Notes: generated by a model from the letters alone, not told the origin. 64,000 bases of DNA from Nostoc sp. DedSLP01 (GCA_034530875.2 JAVRCJ020000007.1:192001-256000), one strand, 5' to 3'. Counted from the first letter of the stretch, positions 30,853 to 42,912 are shown. Numbers and translations: made by a program.

Positions 30853-32073
30853 TTATCCACGATTCTTATTAGTTCTTTTCTCTTTATACTGAATACCCAT
30901 AACTTTGTCTTCTTGCTTAATGAAATAATCATGATTAAAAGAGTAAATTTCTAATCTATCTTCATAGATAACGTGAAGATGATTTTCATATCTAATTGAA
31001 CGAGGGTAAACTCTCCAACGAACTACAGGCTCATAAAAATTTATAATTTTTTGATCGCTACATAAAACAGTTAATGACTCATCATATTCTAAAATCACCC
31101 CAAAATAAGCAGTACCAGCACTAATTACTCTACCTGGAATTGAATCGTTTAAAAAAGTTTCCACCAATGAAAAAGCATTTTTATTCTCATTAGAGACTTT
31201 TGACTGAGTATAGTTAACAACATCAATACTATTAGAATTAGCCATATAGATTTTCTCTTGGCAACCCCAGCTAAAACCTGATTTTTGAAATACTTCTGTA
31301 TCAGGAATGATTCTTCTAAAACCCCTATTTTGGCTTTGAGTATTACTGTTTTTATTGTTATCCCAGCCAAAAGCTGCAAGAAAGCCTGAGGAAACATAAG
31401 AGGAAATATATAAACTTGCAAAAGCCCAATTTACTAAAGAAGAATGCCTATTGCTAACTCTGTAAACTTTGTTATCAACTTCTTCAAGACCAAGTGATTC
31501 AATTCCATAGTTATAGTTATTAAGATGTAATTCAAAAGCACCTTCATCTCCTGCCGCCATACCTATAGTATTTTTTGATGCGCTAATTGATAAAAGCGGA
31601 CAATCCCACAGTTTTTGAGAACGTGTACTAACACCATATTTCGTGTGCTGGCGGTGAATAGCACTAGCAATTAAGCCAGAATCAGTAATCACAAACAAGG
31701 TGTTATTATAAATTTCTGTATCAGTAGGTAAATCATTAGCAATATTATCCTGCCTAGAATATTCAAAATTTTTTAATTTTTTATTTGAAATTAACAAATT
31801 TTTAGCGGATAATTTTTTAATTTTTTTTAAAAGTAGATTCTTAATTTCTGAATCATTTAATATCGGCTGGTTATTCAATTTGTATAAATAATCACCTTCT
31901 ATAAAAGCACTTTTTACAAGAATATCATCTATTTTATCCTTAAAAATTGAACTGATGATGTCATCCCAACGATATACACCTACAGAACCATCCATGTACC
32001 ACAAGTAAAGCCGATTTCTATATATTTGACAATCCCAAAAGTCACCTTCAATTATGAGCTTTAAAGGTTGCAT
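30853..32073 (-). CDS. Hypothetical 406-aa protein, predicted beta-propeller
   Basis: Long AT-rich ORF with seven blade-like segments; 13-bp overlap with the upstream gene. Confidence 0.75.
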   Translation of the reverse strand: MQPLKLIIEGDFWDCQIYRNRLYLWYMDGSVGVYRWDDIISSIFKDKIDDILVKSAFIEGDYLYKLNNQPILNDSEIKNLLLKKIKKLSAKNLLISNKKLKNFEYSRQDNIANDLPTDTEIYNNTLFVITDSGLIASAIHRQHTKYGVSTRSQKLWDCPLLSISASKNTIGMAAGDEGAFELHLNNYNYGIESLGLEEVDNKVYRVSNRHSSLVNWAFASLYISSYVSSGFLAAFGWDNNKNSNTQSQNRGFRRIIPDTEVFQKSGFSWGCQEKIYMANSNSIDVVNYTQSKVSNENKNAFSLVETFLNDSIPGRVISAGTAYFGVILEYDESLTVLCSDQKIINFYEPVVRWRVYPRSIRYENHLHVIYEDRLEIYSFNHDYFIKQEDKVMGIQYKEKRTNKNRG

Positions 32074-32492
32074 TGTTTACCACTCCGTATTTTTGTGATA
32101 TGATGCTTGGCAATTATTCCGTCGTTTCTCCAAATTTGCAAAATTTTTGTAGAAGGTCTATCTTGTTGATTGTTCTGGTAATCAGCAGGATGACCATGCC
32201 ACTCATTAGTTTGACTATCATCTCTAAATTTGGCTATTTTTAAAGGTTCTTGTAATGGCGATAAACCAACTTGTTCTAATTTACCTATTTGATTCTGCTT
32301 AATTCCCCAACCTGTTTTTTCCTCTAACCAACCTTTTGAAAGAGCTAATTGAAAACAAGTAATTTCTTCATCTTGTGTAATAGTCCATATAGATTTGTTA
32401 GGATTTCCAGTTCTTCTATGAGAAGGATTGATTTTATAGGATATTTCCTTATTGTTATTTGTTTTCAAAGAAGCATTACCATTAAAAGTCAT
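32061..32492 (-). CDS. Hypothetical 143-aa protein with NPSH and WHGHP motifs (possible nuclease/toxin)
   Basis: Intact ORF coupled to the 406-aa gene; function is inferred only from the His motifs. Confidence 0.7.
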   Translation of the reverse strand: MTFNGNASLKTNNNKEISYKINPSHRRTGNPNKSIWTITQDEEITCFQLALSKGWLEEKTGWGIKQNQIGKLEQVGLSPLQEPLKIAKFRDDSQTNEWHGHPADYQNNQQDRPSTKILQIWRNDGIIAKHHITKIRSGKQCNL

Positions 32493-32573
32493 TGAGAATT
32501 ACACTCTATTAATTAAATGGTGTGCATCAAACTACTATATAATTGCTTTTTATAACGTATAAGTTATTATAAA

Positions 32574-32813
32574 TTAAAAAAAAGAGCAAGCTAATGCTTT
32601 ATGTCCTAAAGCTTTACCAAGACGTATTGCTATATCTACTATAATTGCTCTTTGACGATTAATAATTTCCTGAATTGTTTGATTAGATACTCCTAAAATT
32701 TCTGCAATTTTTTCAGTATTAATATCTAATTCATCTAAAATATCTGCAATTATTTCACCAGGATGTATTGGTCTTACTAATCTATCATTACTCACGTCTT
32801 GCCAATTATTCAT
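32574..32813 (-). pseudogene. higA: C-terminally truncated HigA-family antitoxin
   Basis: RPIHPGEII...AEILGVSNQTIQEIINRQRAIIVDIAIRLGKALG, then HKALACSFF and a stop in place of the usual WLNLQ-type helix; no higB adjacent. Confidence 0.8.
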
Positions 32814-32842
32814 AATTAATAACTAACTTCAGCTATAAAATA

Positions 32843-33418
32843 TTACCAAATCGCTTCTAGATTCAAAATAAACCCTTGTAAAACATCCTCTCCTGATAGC
32901 GTAGTAGGAGAATCCAGCACCTCAACTTCTTGTCCTTGTCTATAAATTTCAACTTGCCGAGATTTGCGGTTAATTAACCAACCCAAACGCGCACCATTAT
33001 CTCGGTATTCTCTCATCTTTTCTTGAGCAACTTTCAAACTATCACTTGGTGAAAGTAACTCAACTACAAAATCAGGACAAAGCGGGAGAAATTTTGTTTG
33101 TTGTTCTTGATTTAGTGTATTCCAGCGTTCCAGTTTTATCCAAGAAGCATCGGGAGAACGATCCGCACCATTAGGAAGTTTAAAACCACCTGAAGAATCA
33201 AAGGCTATACCAGTTCCATCTGCGTCTGACCAATTAAATAACTGTTGATTTAGCCTACCATTACGGTTACTGGTTTCTCCTCCAGTAGGTGACATAATAA
33301 TTAATTCTCCCGTTGCAGTACGTTCAAATCTCAAGTCACGGTTTGCCTGACATAGATTAAAAAATTGTTCATCTGTCAGTTCCAATACTGATTTAAGGTT
33401 TACTTTTAAAGCATTCAT
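32843..33418 (-). CDS. Uma2 (DUF820) PD-(D/E)XK endonuclease-like protein
   Basis: FDSSGGFKLPNGADRSPDASW, CPDFVVELLSPSD, GARLGWLI. Confidence 0.95.
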   Translation of the reverse strand: MNALKVNLKSVLELTDEQFFNLCQANRDLRFERTATGELIIMSPTGGETSNRNGRLNQQLFNWSDADGTGIAFDSSGGFKLPNGADRSPDASWIKLERWNTLNQEQQTKFLPLCPDFVVELLSPSDSLKVAQEKMREYRDNGARLGWLINRKSRQVEIYRQGQEVEVLDSPTTLSGEDVLQGFILNLEAIW

Positions 33419-33451
33419 AGATGTATTGGCTATTCCAGATTGAAAGATTAA

Positions 33452-33470
33452 GGCAGGCGTGTTGCCTGCC
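33452..33470 (-). terminator. Hairpin downstream of chlH
   Basis: GGCAGGC-GTGTT-GCCTGCC, about 10 bp after the stop codon. Confidence 0.55.
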
Positions 33471-33479
33471 CTATAATGA

Positions 33480-36400
33480 CTATTCTATTCCTTCAATCCG
33501 GTCTTCAACTTCTTGGTACAACTCGCGCAGCAAGTCTAAATTACTCTCGCTAGTTTCCCAATAACCGCGTCCATTCACTTCCAACAAAGTTGACACAACC
33601 TTGCGGAAAGAATGAGGATTAAGATTCATCAACCGGTTCCGCATTGCTTCATCTTTGATGAACGTTTCGTTAGTATCTTCGTAAATCCAGTTATCCACAG
33701 CGCCGGCTGTCGCACTCCAACCCATTGTATTTACTAATCGTTTGGAGAGTTCGCGCACACCTTCGTAGCCGTGAGACAACATCCCCTCGTACCACTTGGG
33801 ATTTAATAATTTGGTACGCGCATCCAAGCGGACGGTTTCTGATAATGTCCGCACCTGTGCGTTGGCTGTGGTCGTGTCTGCAATGTAAGATGCTGGTGTC
33901 TTACCATCGCCACGCAGACTTGCGACTAACTTGGTGGGATCGGAGTCGAAGTAGTGAGAAACATCCGTCAAGCTGATTTCGGAAGAATCCAAATTTTGGA
34001 AAGTTGCATCAGCAGTTTTCAATGTACTTTCAAAAATCTGCCGCGATTCGTCCATTATTCCAGGGTTATCGGAATTGAAGGCGAAAGATTTTCTATTGAG
34101 ATACATTTCTTGCAACTCGGCTTCGCTTTCCCAAGTGCTGTTTTCCACTGCCAAGTTAATATTTGACGAGTAGGAACCGGAAGCGTTGGAGAAAACGCGA
34201 GTTGCTGCTTGACGCAAGTTAACCCCCATTTCTTCGGCTTGTTGCAAAGCGTGTTTGCGAACAAAGTTCATTTCCAAGGGTTCATTCGCTTCAGCAGCCA
34301 TTTTCACTGCTTGGTCTAGCAGGTTCATTTGGTTGATGAACAAGTCGCGGAATACACCAGAACAGTTAATTACGACATCAATTCTAGGGCGTCCCAATTC
34401 TTCTAAGGGTATCAATTCTAACTTGTTCACCCGTCCCAAAGTATCGGGAACCGGACGCACGCCTACCATCCACATAATTTGGGCTAGGGATTCACCATAA
34501 GTTTTGATGTTATCGGTTCCCCAAAGTACGCAGGCGATGGTTTCCGGCCATTTGCCACCGTTTTCGGACTTGTTACGTGCCAAAAGCCTATCCACGACGA
34601 TTTTGGCTGATTGGACTGCTGCTGTTGTTGGGATGGATTGCGGATCTAGAGCGTGAATGTTTTTACCTGTAGGCAAGACATCTGGGTTGCGGATGGGATC
34701 GCCGCCAGGGCCGGGTAGGACGTACTCGCCTTCTAAGCCTTTGAGTAATGCTCCGAGTTCGTTATCTGCACAAACTTGTTGGAGGCAGAATTCTAAGTAC
34801 TCAAACAATGGTTTGAGTGTGGCTGTGTCAACTTTGGGATAGCCTGCTTTATGCAACGCTTCTACCCAAGGTTCTTTTTTGCCCATGTTGAAGAAATTCA
34901 ACCGAGAAACTAGAGAAACTCGACCTTCGGCATCGGTTTTCTCTTGGACAAGGGCGCTAACAGCTGCACGGGTGGCTAAGGTGATGTCTTGCAATAGCTG
35001 GACATCTTCTAAAATGCCTTTGTCGCTATTTTGGTAAATTTCGTCAATATTGCGCCCGATGCTGTTAGCGATAATTCGCGGTAAGCTGAGAATTTCTTCT
35101 TCTGGACGGTCTAGGTTGGCGATGTTAACTAGAGTTGCTACGGCTTCTTCTGCACTTGGCGGTTTACCAATGACGTGCAAACCACAAGGCAACAACCGAG
35201 ACTCAATTTCCATCAACTTGCGGTAGACGATACCAACAATATTATCCCGTTCTTCGGCGCTCATCTCTTTGGCGTCGGTTTCAGGCAGGTTAATATCCTT
35301 ATCCAAGTTGACGATGCGGCATTTATCCATTATCGAGTTGACAATTGGAATACCGCGTCCAGTATCTTTTAAGGTTTGGTACGAAGCAATTAATTCGCTG
35401 AGTTCCTTCAAACCTTTATACAAACCAGCGTTTTCTGCCGGCGGTGTCAAGTAAGAAATTGTTTCGGCATAACCCCGACGTTTGGCAATTGTCGCTTCGC
35501 TAGGATTATTGGCTGCGTAATAATACAGGTTGGGTATGGAACCAATTAAGTTATCTGGATAACATTCTCCAGACATACCCATTTGCTTACCCGGCATGAA
35601 TTCTAAGGAACCGTGAGTGCCAAAGTGCAACACGGCGTCAGCTTGCCAAACTTGCTCTAGGTAGGTGTAGTATGCAGCAAAACCATGATGGGGACTAGCG
35701 GAACGAGAGAACAGCAGCCGCATCGGGTCGCCTTCGTAACCAAAGGTGGGTTGCACGCCGATGAAGACGTTACCGAAGTGCTTACCATAAATCAACAGGT
35801 TTTGTCCGTCGCTGTTGAGGTGTCCGGGAGGTGGCCCCCAGTTTTCTTCGAGGCGTTGGGAATAGGGGGTGAGTGCCTCATATTCTGGCACTGACATTTT
35901 GTAGGCGATGTTCAGTTCCGGGCTGGCGTACTGTGCTTGGGCGTCGTGGATGACTTCCTGCATCAGTGCTTCGGCTGATTCTGGCAACTCTGGAAGGTCG
36001 TAGCCGTTATTTTTTAGGGCTTTCATCACTTCGTAGATGGAACCGAACACATCTAAGTAAGCGGCGGTTCCGACGTTGCCTTTATCTGGCGGGAAGCTGA
36101 AAACAGTGATGGCAACTTTTTTATCTAGCTTGGGTTTGCGGCGGAGGTTAGCCCATTTTAATGCTCTTTGGGCGACGGCTTCCATTCGGTCTTGGAGAGC
36201 GATCGCTTTTCCTGTTGCCCCGTCTCTACCCGACAATATAATCGGCTCAATTGCCCCATCCAATTCCGGAATCGCAATTTGCAAAGCTACTTGAATCGGA
36301 TGCAAGCCCAAATCGCTATCCATCCACTCTTCTGTGGTTTGGAACACCAAAGGCAACGCTACCATGTAAGGACGGTTTAAGCGCTTGAGCGATTCAATCG

Positions 36401-37463
36401 CCTTGGGATGGTCTTGTCTAGCCGGGCCGCCCACTAAGGCAAAACCAGTCAGCGATATCACCGCATCTACTAACTGTGTGTTGGTAGTTGGTTCGTAGAA
36501 GTAAGCATCCACAGGCTTAGAGAAATCCAAACCACCAGCAAACACTGGTAATACGCGTGCCCCTAGTGCTTCCAACTCCTGCACCATTGCGACATAATGA
36601 GCGTCATCCCCTGTAACCAGGTGAGTGCGTTGCAATACCAATCCAATACAGGGAGCTAGGGGATCTTTGAGATCTTTAGAGATATCCTTACGGGTTGTGT
36701 ACCAATTTAGGTACTCTCTGACATCCTCAAACATATTGGGAGCCAAGGGGTGCCAAATCCCCATATCGGGATAAACCACTGGCTCTTGATATGTAGCAGG
36801 TGCAATGTTTTTCTCTAAACCTTTAAATACGTATTTATCAGCTAGCATCAGCAAGAAGTTTTCCAGGTTTTCTGGAGAACCGCCTAACCAATACTGAAAG
36901 CTGAGCATGAAATTTCGTGCGTCCTGTGCCTTGTCCATTGGTAGGAACTTCAGCACTTGCGGTAGCGTTCGCAAAAGCTTGAGCATCCCATCTTGGAATC
37001 CCGCACCGGATTTTTCTTTGCGTTTCCGCATGAATTGGGCGATCGCACTTTTGGACTGACCCAACTGTGCCAGAGAAAAGCTGCCCATTTTATTCAGGCG
37101 CATAACTTCTGGCATGGAGGGAAAGACAACGGCAACATCTAGGCGATCGCGATGTGGTTCAACTGCTGTTACTACTTTCTGTGCTAAGTCTTCGATAAAA
37201 ATCAGGGAGGCGATAAATATATTGGCACTCTCCATATCCCTTTGGAACTCCTTATAGTTCTCTGGATCTCGGAGTTCCTCAATTAAGTAACCGCTGATTT
37301 CAATCGCCAGTTCTTCGTGAAGCGCGTTAATCGACCGCACCGCTTGCGATAATGCACTCTGGTACTGGGACTCAAGCACGACATAGACCACCTTGATTAA
37401 ATTACGTCCGCGTAAGTTATCAGGCGCAATATGTCTAATGGTGGACTTGACGTGGGTGAACAT
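33480..37463 (-). CDS. chlH: Magnesium chelatase subunit H
   Basis: [12 protein letters not shown] start (ATG 37463, AAGGAG RBS); [47 protein letters not shown]; 1327 aa. Confidence 0.98.
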   Translation of the reverse strand: MFTHVKSTIRHIAPDNLRGRNLIKVVYVVLESQYQSALSQAVRSINALHEELAIEISGYLIEELRDPENYKEFQRDMESANIFIASLIFIEDLAQKVVTAVEPHRDRLDVAVVFPSMPEVMRLNKMGSFSLAQLGQSKSAIAQFMRKRKEKSGAGFQDGMLKLLRTLPQVLKFLPMDKAQDARNFMLSFQYWLGGSPENLENFLLMLADKYVFKGLEKNIAPATYQEPVVYPDMGIWHPLAPNMFEDVREYLNWYTTRKDISKDLKDPLAPCIGLVLQRTHLVTGDDAHYVAMVQELEALGARVLPVFAGGLDFSKPVDAYFYEPTTNTQLVDAVISLTGFALVGGPARQDHPKAIESLKRLNRPYMVALPLVFQTTEEWMDSDLGLHPIQVALQIAIPELDGAIEPIILSGRDGATGKAIALQDRMEAVAQRALKWANLRRKPKLDKKVAITVFSFPPDKGNVGTAAYLDVFGSIYEVMKALKNNGYDLPELPESAEALMQEVIHDAQAQYASPELNIAYKMSVPEYEALTPYSQRLEENWGPPPGHLNSDGQNLLIYGKHFGNVFIGVQPTFGYEGDPMRLLFSRSASPHHGFAAYYTYLEQVWQADAVLHFGTHGSLEFMPGKQMGMSGECYPDNLIGSIPNLYYYAANNPSEATIAKRRGYAETISYLTPPAENAGLYKGLKELSELIASYQTLKDTGRGIPIVNSIMDKCRIVNLDKDINLPETDAKEMSAEERDNIVGIVYRKLMEIESRLLPCGLHVIGKPPSAEEAVATLVNIANLDRPEEEILSLPRIIANSIGRNIDEIYQNSDKGILEDVQLLQDITLATRAAVSALVQEKTDAEGRVSLVSRLNFFNMGKKEPWVEALHKAGYPKVDTATLKPLFEYLEFCLQQVCADNELGALLKGLEGEYVLPGPGGDPIRNPDVLPTGKNIHALDPQSIPTTAAVQSAKIVVDRLLARNKSENGGKWPETIACVLWGTDNIKTYGESLAQIMWMVGVRPVPDTLGRVNKLELIPLEELGRPRIDVVINCSGVFRDLFINQMNLLDQAVKMAAEANEPLEMNFVRKHALQQAEEMGVNLRQAATRVFSNASGSYSSNINLAVENSTWESEAELQEMYLNRKSFAFNSDNPGIMDESRQIFESTLKTADATFQNLDSSEISLTDVSHYFDSDPTKLVASLRGDGKTPASYIADTTTANAQVRTLSETVRLDARTKLLNPKWYEGMLSHGYEGVRELSKRLVNTMGWSATAGAVDNWIYEDTNETFIKDEAMRNRLMNLNPHSFRKVVSTLLEVNGRGYWETSESNLDLLRELYQEVEDRIEGIE

Positions 37464-38423
37464 GCTTCCTCGGCTCCTTTGATGCGTGTTCTCTACTAGA
37501 AGTTCAAAGCGGCTGATGACACCACAGTTAACTTCGTTTTTATTGGGCAATATGAGTTTTTTATCAGAAAATGCTTGCCCAGTGGGCATTTTATCGCCTA
37601 TCTGACACAAATCGATAAATATATTGAAATATTTCTTTGCAGATTTTGATTTTTTATAAGAGCATACGCTCTTATTTATGTTAAATAATGTAAAATATAA
37701 ATTTAGGTACTTGTAATTTTGGCAAAAATATGAATTTAATATACTGAGATAAAAATAATTAAAATACTAAAACTAGTGATTTTTAATACGAAAAAATTTT
37801 CAATATAGAAATATCAGGTATGGACTAGATAGCTCTACTTTAGTCATTGCAATTGATAATCTAGTATTTACCTTGATGCCAAATAAGCCATTAATTAGCC
37901 TGGAATCGCCACCTCAAGAAAGATTGAACTTTCTTACAAGCATAACCAGTCATTTATCGGCAGTGAGATTAATTGGTATTTACAGAAGGTAGACGATAAG
38001 CAACTACCTCAGATAATCTGGGCTTGAATCTACCAACAGCAAGTACCGCAGAGTTTTTTTGCACAAAGCTTGGATTGCAGAACGGCGATCGCTGCTTACA
38101 TAGCATATCAATATAGATACAAAAATTTAGATAGTTTAAGCAATTCTCAAACTCTCCAACATACTCCCGCACTGTGGGAGTGTACGCTTCTGTTAGAACC
38201 CCCCTAAGCCAATGGCTACCAACTCTGAGAGCCTCACAACAGCATCAGTATAATTAATTATCATGTTATCAGCATGTTTTTACGTAATATCAGGTAAACT
38301 TTAGAAACTCTTCAAAGGATTTCCAGCAAAAATTACCTGGCAAGAGTTGATTTGAGCCTAAATAATTGAGAGAGAGTATAAAACTCTCTATGATTCTTCC
38401 TTCGCGCAGCGAGTTGACAGTGC

Positions 38424-40022
38424 ATGAGCTACTGCTTAAATCCTACCTGTCGCAATCCAGAAAATTTGGTAAATAGCCAAAGGTGTCAGTCTTGTGGCTC
38501 GCCACTACTGTTGCGCGATCGCTATCAAGTGGTAAAACCATTAGGTCAAGGCGGCTTTGGAGCAACCTTCTTAGCCCAGGATCGAGTTTTACCAGGAGAA
38601 CCAAGTTGCGTCATCAAGCAACTACGCCCCTCTGGAAACGCGCCACATGTTTTACAGATGGCTAGAGAACTCTTTGAGCGAGAAGCCAAGACTCTAGGTA
38701 AAATTGGCAATCATCCACAAGTACCACGATTGCTTGACTATTTTGAAGATTGCGAACAATTCTACTTAGTTCAAGAATACATCAGCGGTGATACCTTGCA
38801 AGAGGAAGTTAAACTTAACGGTGTCTTAAGCGAAACCGGAGTCAAACAATTCTTGAGTGAGATTTTGCCATTGCTGCAATACATTCACGAACAAAAGGTA
38901 ATTCACCGAGATATTAAGCCAGCTAACTTAATTCGCCGCAGTCAAGATGCCAGAATGGTACTCATAGACTTTGGCGCGGTTAAAAATCAAGTCACCCAAG
39001 GCGCGGCGAATCAATCCGGACAGACAGCATTAACTGCTTATGCTATCGGTACTCCTGGTTTTGCCCCTCCAGAACAAATGGCTATGCGTCCAGTTTACGC
39101 CAGCGATATCTACGCATTAGGCGTGACGTGTATTTATTTATTAACTAGTAAAACTCCTAAAGATTTAGATTATAATCCCACAACTGGTGAGATGATGTGG
39201 GAGCAGCTTGTGCAAGTGAGCGACCACTTGACCAATGTACTGCGGAAAATGTTAGAGGTATCAGTACGTAATCGCTATCAGTCAGCAGCAGACGTTCTCA
39301 GAGCCTTAGAAATAGAGCCATACTTGGACACCTTAGCGCAGGGTTTGTTGGTCAAATCTCCTGATTCTGGAGTTAAAGGGCGAACACACAACCGTATAGA
39401 AGATTCTGCTATTTTATGCAGTAACAGTAACCCTTCCGCAGCTGTTACCAGTGCAGGAGGAATGGCGCAAGTAGCAGCCGCAATACGCGCCAGACGAGCC
39501 AAAGCTGCGGAAGCTTCTGGTATGGGCAAATCAACAACTTTCACGAGTAGCAGCAGTAATGGTTCTCAAATTCAAAATTCTAAAGTTGAGCGCAAGTTAG
39601 ATACCCAAGGTTTACTAACAGCGTATATGAAAGGGAGACGAGATTTTGCCCTACACAATTTAAATTTGCTGAACCTGCAAGGTGCTGACTTATCAGGAAC
39701 AAATTTCCATTCTGCTCAATTACAAAAAACTAATTTCCAAGGAGCCGATCTCCACAACAGCGATTTTGGTAGAGCCAGTCTGACTCGAGCAAATCTCAAA
39801 GATGCTAATTTGAGTAAAGCGTACTTTAACCATACCGATCTAGAAGGGGCAGACCTGCGAGGCGCAGACCTCAGTCATGCTTATCTTACCAATGCCAACC
39901 TCCGAGGAGCTAATCTCTGTGGTGCTAATCTCACCAACGCCAAAGTTTCTGATGAGCAGCTAGCACTAGCAAAAACAAATTGGATGACTGTGCGCCCCAA
40001 TGGTAAAAGAGGCTTATTGTGA
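38424..40022 (+). CDS. Ser/Thr protein kinase with C-terminal pentapeptide repeats (SpkB-like architecture)
   Basis: N-terminal CLNPTC..CQSCG, LGQGGFG, HRDIKPAN, DFG, GTPGFAPPE, and A(D/N)LxxA pentapeptides. Confidence 0.95.
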   Translation: MSYCLNPTCRNPENLVNSQRCQSCGSPLLLRDRYQVVKPLGQGGFGATFLAQDRVLPGEPSCVIKQLRPSGNAPHVLQMARELFEREAKTLGKIGNHPQVPRLLDYFEDCEQFYLVQEYISGDTLQEEVKLNGVLSETGVKQFLSEILPLLQYIHEQKVIHRDIKPANLIRRSQDARMVLIDFGAVKNQVTQGAANQSGQTALTAYAIGTPGFAPPEQMAMRPVYASDIYALGVTCIYLLTSKTPKDLDYNPTTGEMMWEQLVQVSDHLTNVLRKMLEVSVRNRYQSAADVLRALEIEPYLDTLAQGLLVKSPDSGVKGRTHNRIEDSAILCSNSNPSAAVTSAGGMAQVAAAIRARRAKAAEASGMGKSTTFTSSSSNGSQIQNSKVERKLDTQGLLTAYMKGRRDFALHNLNLLNLQGADLSGTNFHSAQLQKTNFQGADLHNSDFGRASLTRANLKDANLSKAYFNHTDLEGADLRGADLSHAYLTNANLRGANLCGANLTNAKVSDEQLALAKTNWMTVRPNGKRGLL

Positions 40023-40804
40023 TTAGAGATTTTTAGAGGATGTCTGCGTAATATCCGAGCTAAAAACTCTCCACATCCCTGTAGAGAGCGTTCAAAAGTA
40101 AGTAATTATCTGAAGTTAATAGAGTAATCAAATCGAATTTTTAAACTTATTTACGTGGTACGCAAAGCCTAGCACAAATGCAATAAGTATCAATACTATT
40201 CGCTTTGTGAATTTTAAACTCATAATTTGGTTTTGGGAAAAGCTTAAAGGGTAGGATTGAACGTTTTTCGTTGCCAATTTACCTTTAACAGACAAGTATT
40301 GCTATAGGTAGAGATTAGGGAATAAGAAATCAGCAGTTTCGAGCGCACACAGTTTTTTCAAAAATCAAATACAGTCATATATATATCTAAACAGTATTCG
40401 CAGATGAGTGCCAAAAATGGTGCGATCGCATGTCTCCCAACAATGTGGAAATAATAGTTTTTTAACTAATTTATAACAGGATTTTTACCGCCCGATCGCA
40501 TAGTAAAAATACGGGTCATACTTCCTAATCTTCATAAAATCTTCATGGTTTTTATCTGTTACAAATAACAAAGGATTATTTACAATAAAAAATAAACTAT
40601 CACATAATTTTTTATTAAAGATAGCCATAATTTTTATGGTTATAAACAACAGGGAATTTCTTACGTAAAAGTTGTAAAATTTAACCTTCCTAAGCAAGCT
40701 AACTTCTGAGATGGCAGGCTTAGAAAATTAAAAAAACAATTATCCTTGATTGTAGGCTGAAATAGAATATTCATAACCGAAATCAGGTCGTACAAGGTTT
40801 ATAT

Positions 40805-41542
40805 ATGATGGCTGACTTTTCACAAACGGAAATAGAACGAAGATTAACTTTATATCAGGTATTCCTCAAGTTGTACGAACACCATAGCGGTCTTTTAGAT
40901 GAGATTCTTCAGCTAGAAAACCTATATCAGCCTTCGTTAACAAAGCTGAAACTATTTTATGTACATGGGGTAGTGGATGCTGCTGGTGTTTATTTAATAA
41001 CTAACTTGTGCGACAATCAAACCCAGAGTTTACGACAATCACAGGGGATTTGGACTATAGGTCGTAATCGCAGTAGTGGCATTTGTATTCCTGATAGTTA
41101 TATGTCTCGTCGCCATGCTGCGATTCAACATATTGAAGATCGAGGTTTCTACTTAATTGATTTTAACAGTACTAATGGTTCCTTTGTGAACGAGCAACGT
41201 GCTGTTGAGCCGATCGAACTTAAAGATGGCGATCGCATTCGTTTAGGTAATTTGACATTTAACTTTTTTGTGGACAACAAGTGTTGTATTCTGCCAACTG
41301 TAGCAATGGAGTTGTTGATGCAACTGAAGCATCGCAAGATTGAAAGCAAAGCAGAAATACTTACTTATCCTCGTGACAGACAAAAACCTTTAATTGAGCA
41401 GCCAAGTGATAATTTAGAAATTTTGAGAAATTTCGGAATAACTGATAAAATTGACCATTGGTACGAACACTTCAGTTCCGAACAAAAATCAGAAATTTTA
41501 GACCGTTTTTTTAGCAAACAAAAACCGTATAACCCCAGCTAG
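40805..41542 (+). CDS. FHA domain protein
   Basis: WTIGR, MSRRHA, DFNSTNGSFVN, LKDGDRIRLG. Confidence 0.92.
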   Translation: MMADFSQTEIERRLTLYQVFLKLYEHHSGLLDEILQLENLYQPSLTKLKLFYVHGVVDAAGVYLITNLCDNQTQSLRQSQGIWTIGRNRSSGICIPDSYMSRRHAAIQHIEDRGFYLIDFNSTNGSFVNEQRAVEPIELKDGDRIRLGNLTFNFFVDNKCCILPTVAMELLMQLKHRKIESKAEILTYPRDRQKPLIEQPSDNLEILRNFGITDKIDHWYEHFSSEQKSEILDRFFSKQKPYNPS

Positions 41543-41622
41543 GAAATTAAAAATCAAACAGTAAGCTTAACGCATCTTTTTTATGAAAAAGGTGCGTTAA
41601 ATGTTTTAATAACGCACCATAC

Positions 41623-41750
41623 TGGCGTGGCAAGCCTAAATTGATGTATTAAAATTTTCTTTTGGGATGGGGCGTCTTGCCCGTCTGCTAGGAGAAGATG
41701 CCCAAACCACAAGACAGAGATTTTATGCACTATTTAGCTGTGCCACGCCA
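41623..41750. mobile_element. MITE-like element between the convergent FHA gene and recA
   Basis: Left TGGCGTGGCAAGCCTAAAT; right end reverse-complements to TGGCGTGGCACAGCTAAAT. Related ends near 3237 and 55055. Confidence 0.7.
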
Positions 41751-41770
41751 ATACCATTAAAAATTCCTAA

Positions 41771-42847
41771 TTATTCTTCATCTAATTCGATGTCTTCTTC
41801 TTCTTCGTCTTCACTAGACTTTGATACAGAGTTAGCAGAAACAACAGCACCTTTATCTAGCTTTTCTCGTACCAGTTGCTTAATTTGTTCGGCAAATTCT
41901 GGCTTTTCTTCGAGATATTTAATGGCATTGTCTCGCCCTTGAGAGATGTTATCGCCGTTGTAACTGTACCAGGCTCCTTTACGGATAATGATCCCAGTTT
42001 CTTCTGCCAAATCCACGAGACAGCCCAAGATAGAAACACCTTTACCAAAAATAATGTCAAATTCGGCAACTCTAAAAGGTGGCGCTACTTTATTTTTGGC
42101 AACTTTGACTTTGACGCGATTACCAAATTCATCTGTACCTTTTTTCAAGGTTTGAATGCGACGAATATCTAAGCGCACGGAAGCATAAAACTTCAATGCG
42201 TTACCGCCAGTTGTGGTTTCTGGACTTCCGTAGGTAACACCGATTTTTTGCCGCAATTGGTTAATAAAAATTACTGTGCAACCAGATTTACCAATGTTAC
42301 CAGTAATTTTACGTAAAGCTTGGCTCATCAATCTTGCTTGCAGACCAACGTGAGCATCACCCATGTCGCCTTCAATTTCAGCGCGGGGAACTAATGCTGC
42401 TACTGAGTCAATAACTACAATATCAACCGCAGCAGAACGAACCAGCTGATCGACAATTTCTAAAGCAGCTTCTCCGGTATCAGGTTGGGAAACCAGCAAA
42501 TTGTCAATATCTACACCCAATGCCGCAGCGTAGGTGGGGTCAAGGGCATGTTCTGCATCAACAAACGCAGCAATGCCACCTTCTTTTTGTACTTCCGCGA
42601 GCGCATGTAATGCTACTGTGGTTTTACCGGAACTTTCCGGGCCATAAATCTCAATTACCCGCCCCTTGGGTAAACCGCCTCCCAACGCCAAATCCAAGGT
42701 CAGCGCCCCACTGGAAATTGTCTCTACCCGCATCCGGGTAGCATCTCCCAGGCGCATGATTGCTCCTTTACCGAAGCTGCGCTCAATCTGGTTGAGTACT
42801 ATATTTAACGCTTTTTGCTTGCCAGAAGTATCGGTATTGATAGCCAT
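41771..42847 (-). CDS. recA: Recombinase A
   Basis: [48 protein letters not shown]. Confidence 0.99.
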   Translation of the reverse strand: MAINTDTSGKQKALNIVLNQIERSFGKGAIMRLGDATRMRVETISSGALTLDLALGGGLPKGRVIEIYGPESSGKTTVALHALAEVQKEGGIAAFVDAEHALDPTYAAALGVDIDNLLVSQPDTGEAALEIVDQLVRSAAVDIVVIDSVAALVPRAEIEGDMGDAHVGLQARLMSQALRKITGNIGKSGCTVIFINQLRQKIGVTYGSPETTTGGNALKFYASVRLDIRRIQTLKKGTDEFGNRVKVKVAKNKVAPPFRVAEFDIIFGKGVSILGCLVDLAEETGIIIRKGAWYSYNGDNISQGRDNAIKYLEEKPEFAEQIKQLVREKLDKGAVVSANSVSKSSEDEEEEDIELDEE

Positions 42848-42898
42848 TAGAGCCTCTAAGTATAGGGATTTTCAGGAGTGTGGATTTAGATTGTGAGT

Positions 42899-42912
42899 AG
42901 AACAGATATACT
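42899..42912 (-). promoter_or_regulatory. Cyanobacterial LexA box upstream of recA
   Basis: Minus strand AGTATATCTGTTCT, one mismatch to RGTAC-NNN-DGTWCB, immediately downstream of a TGGTTAAAAT -10-like element and about 50 bp before the start codon. Confidence 0.75.

Noticed and set aside
37464..37610. 49-aa N-terminal extension of ChlH
   Set aside because: The RBS and the conserved MFTHVK start place the start codon at 37463.
37620..38420. ncRNA or small ORF in the long chlH-kinase intergenic region
   Set aside because: No recognisable RNA family or convincing ORF by eye; it would need Rfam or RNA-seq evidence.
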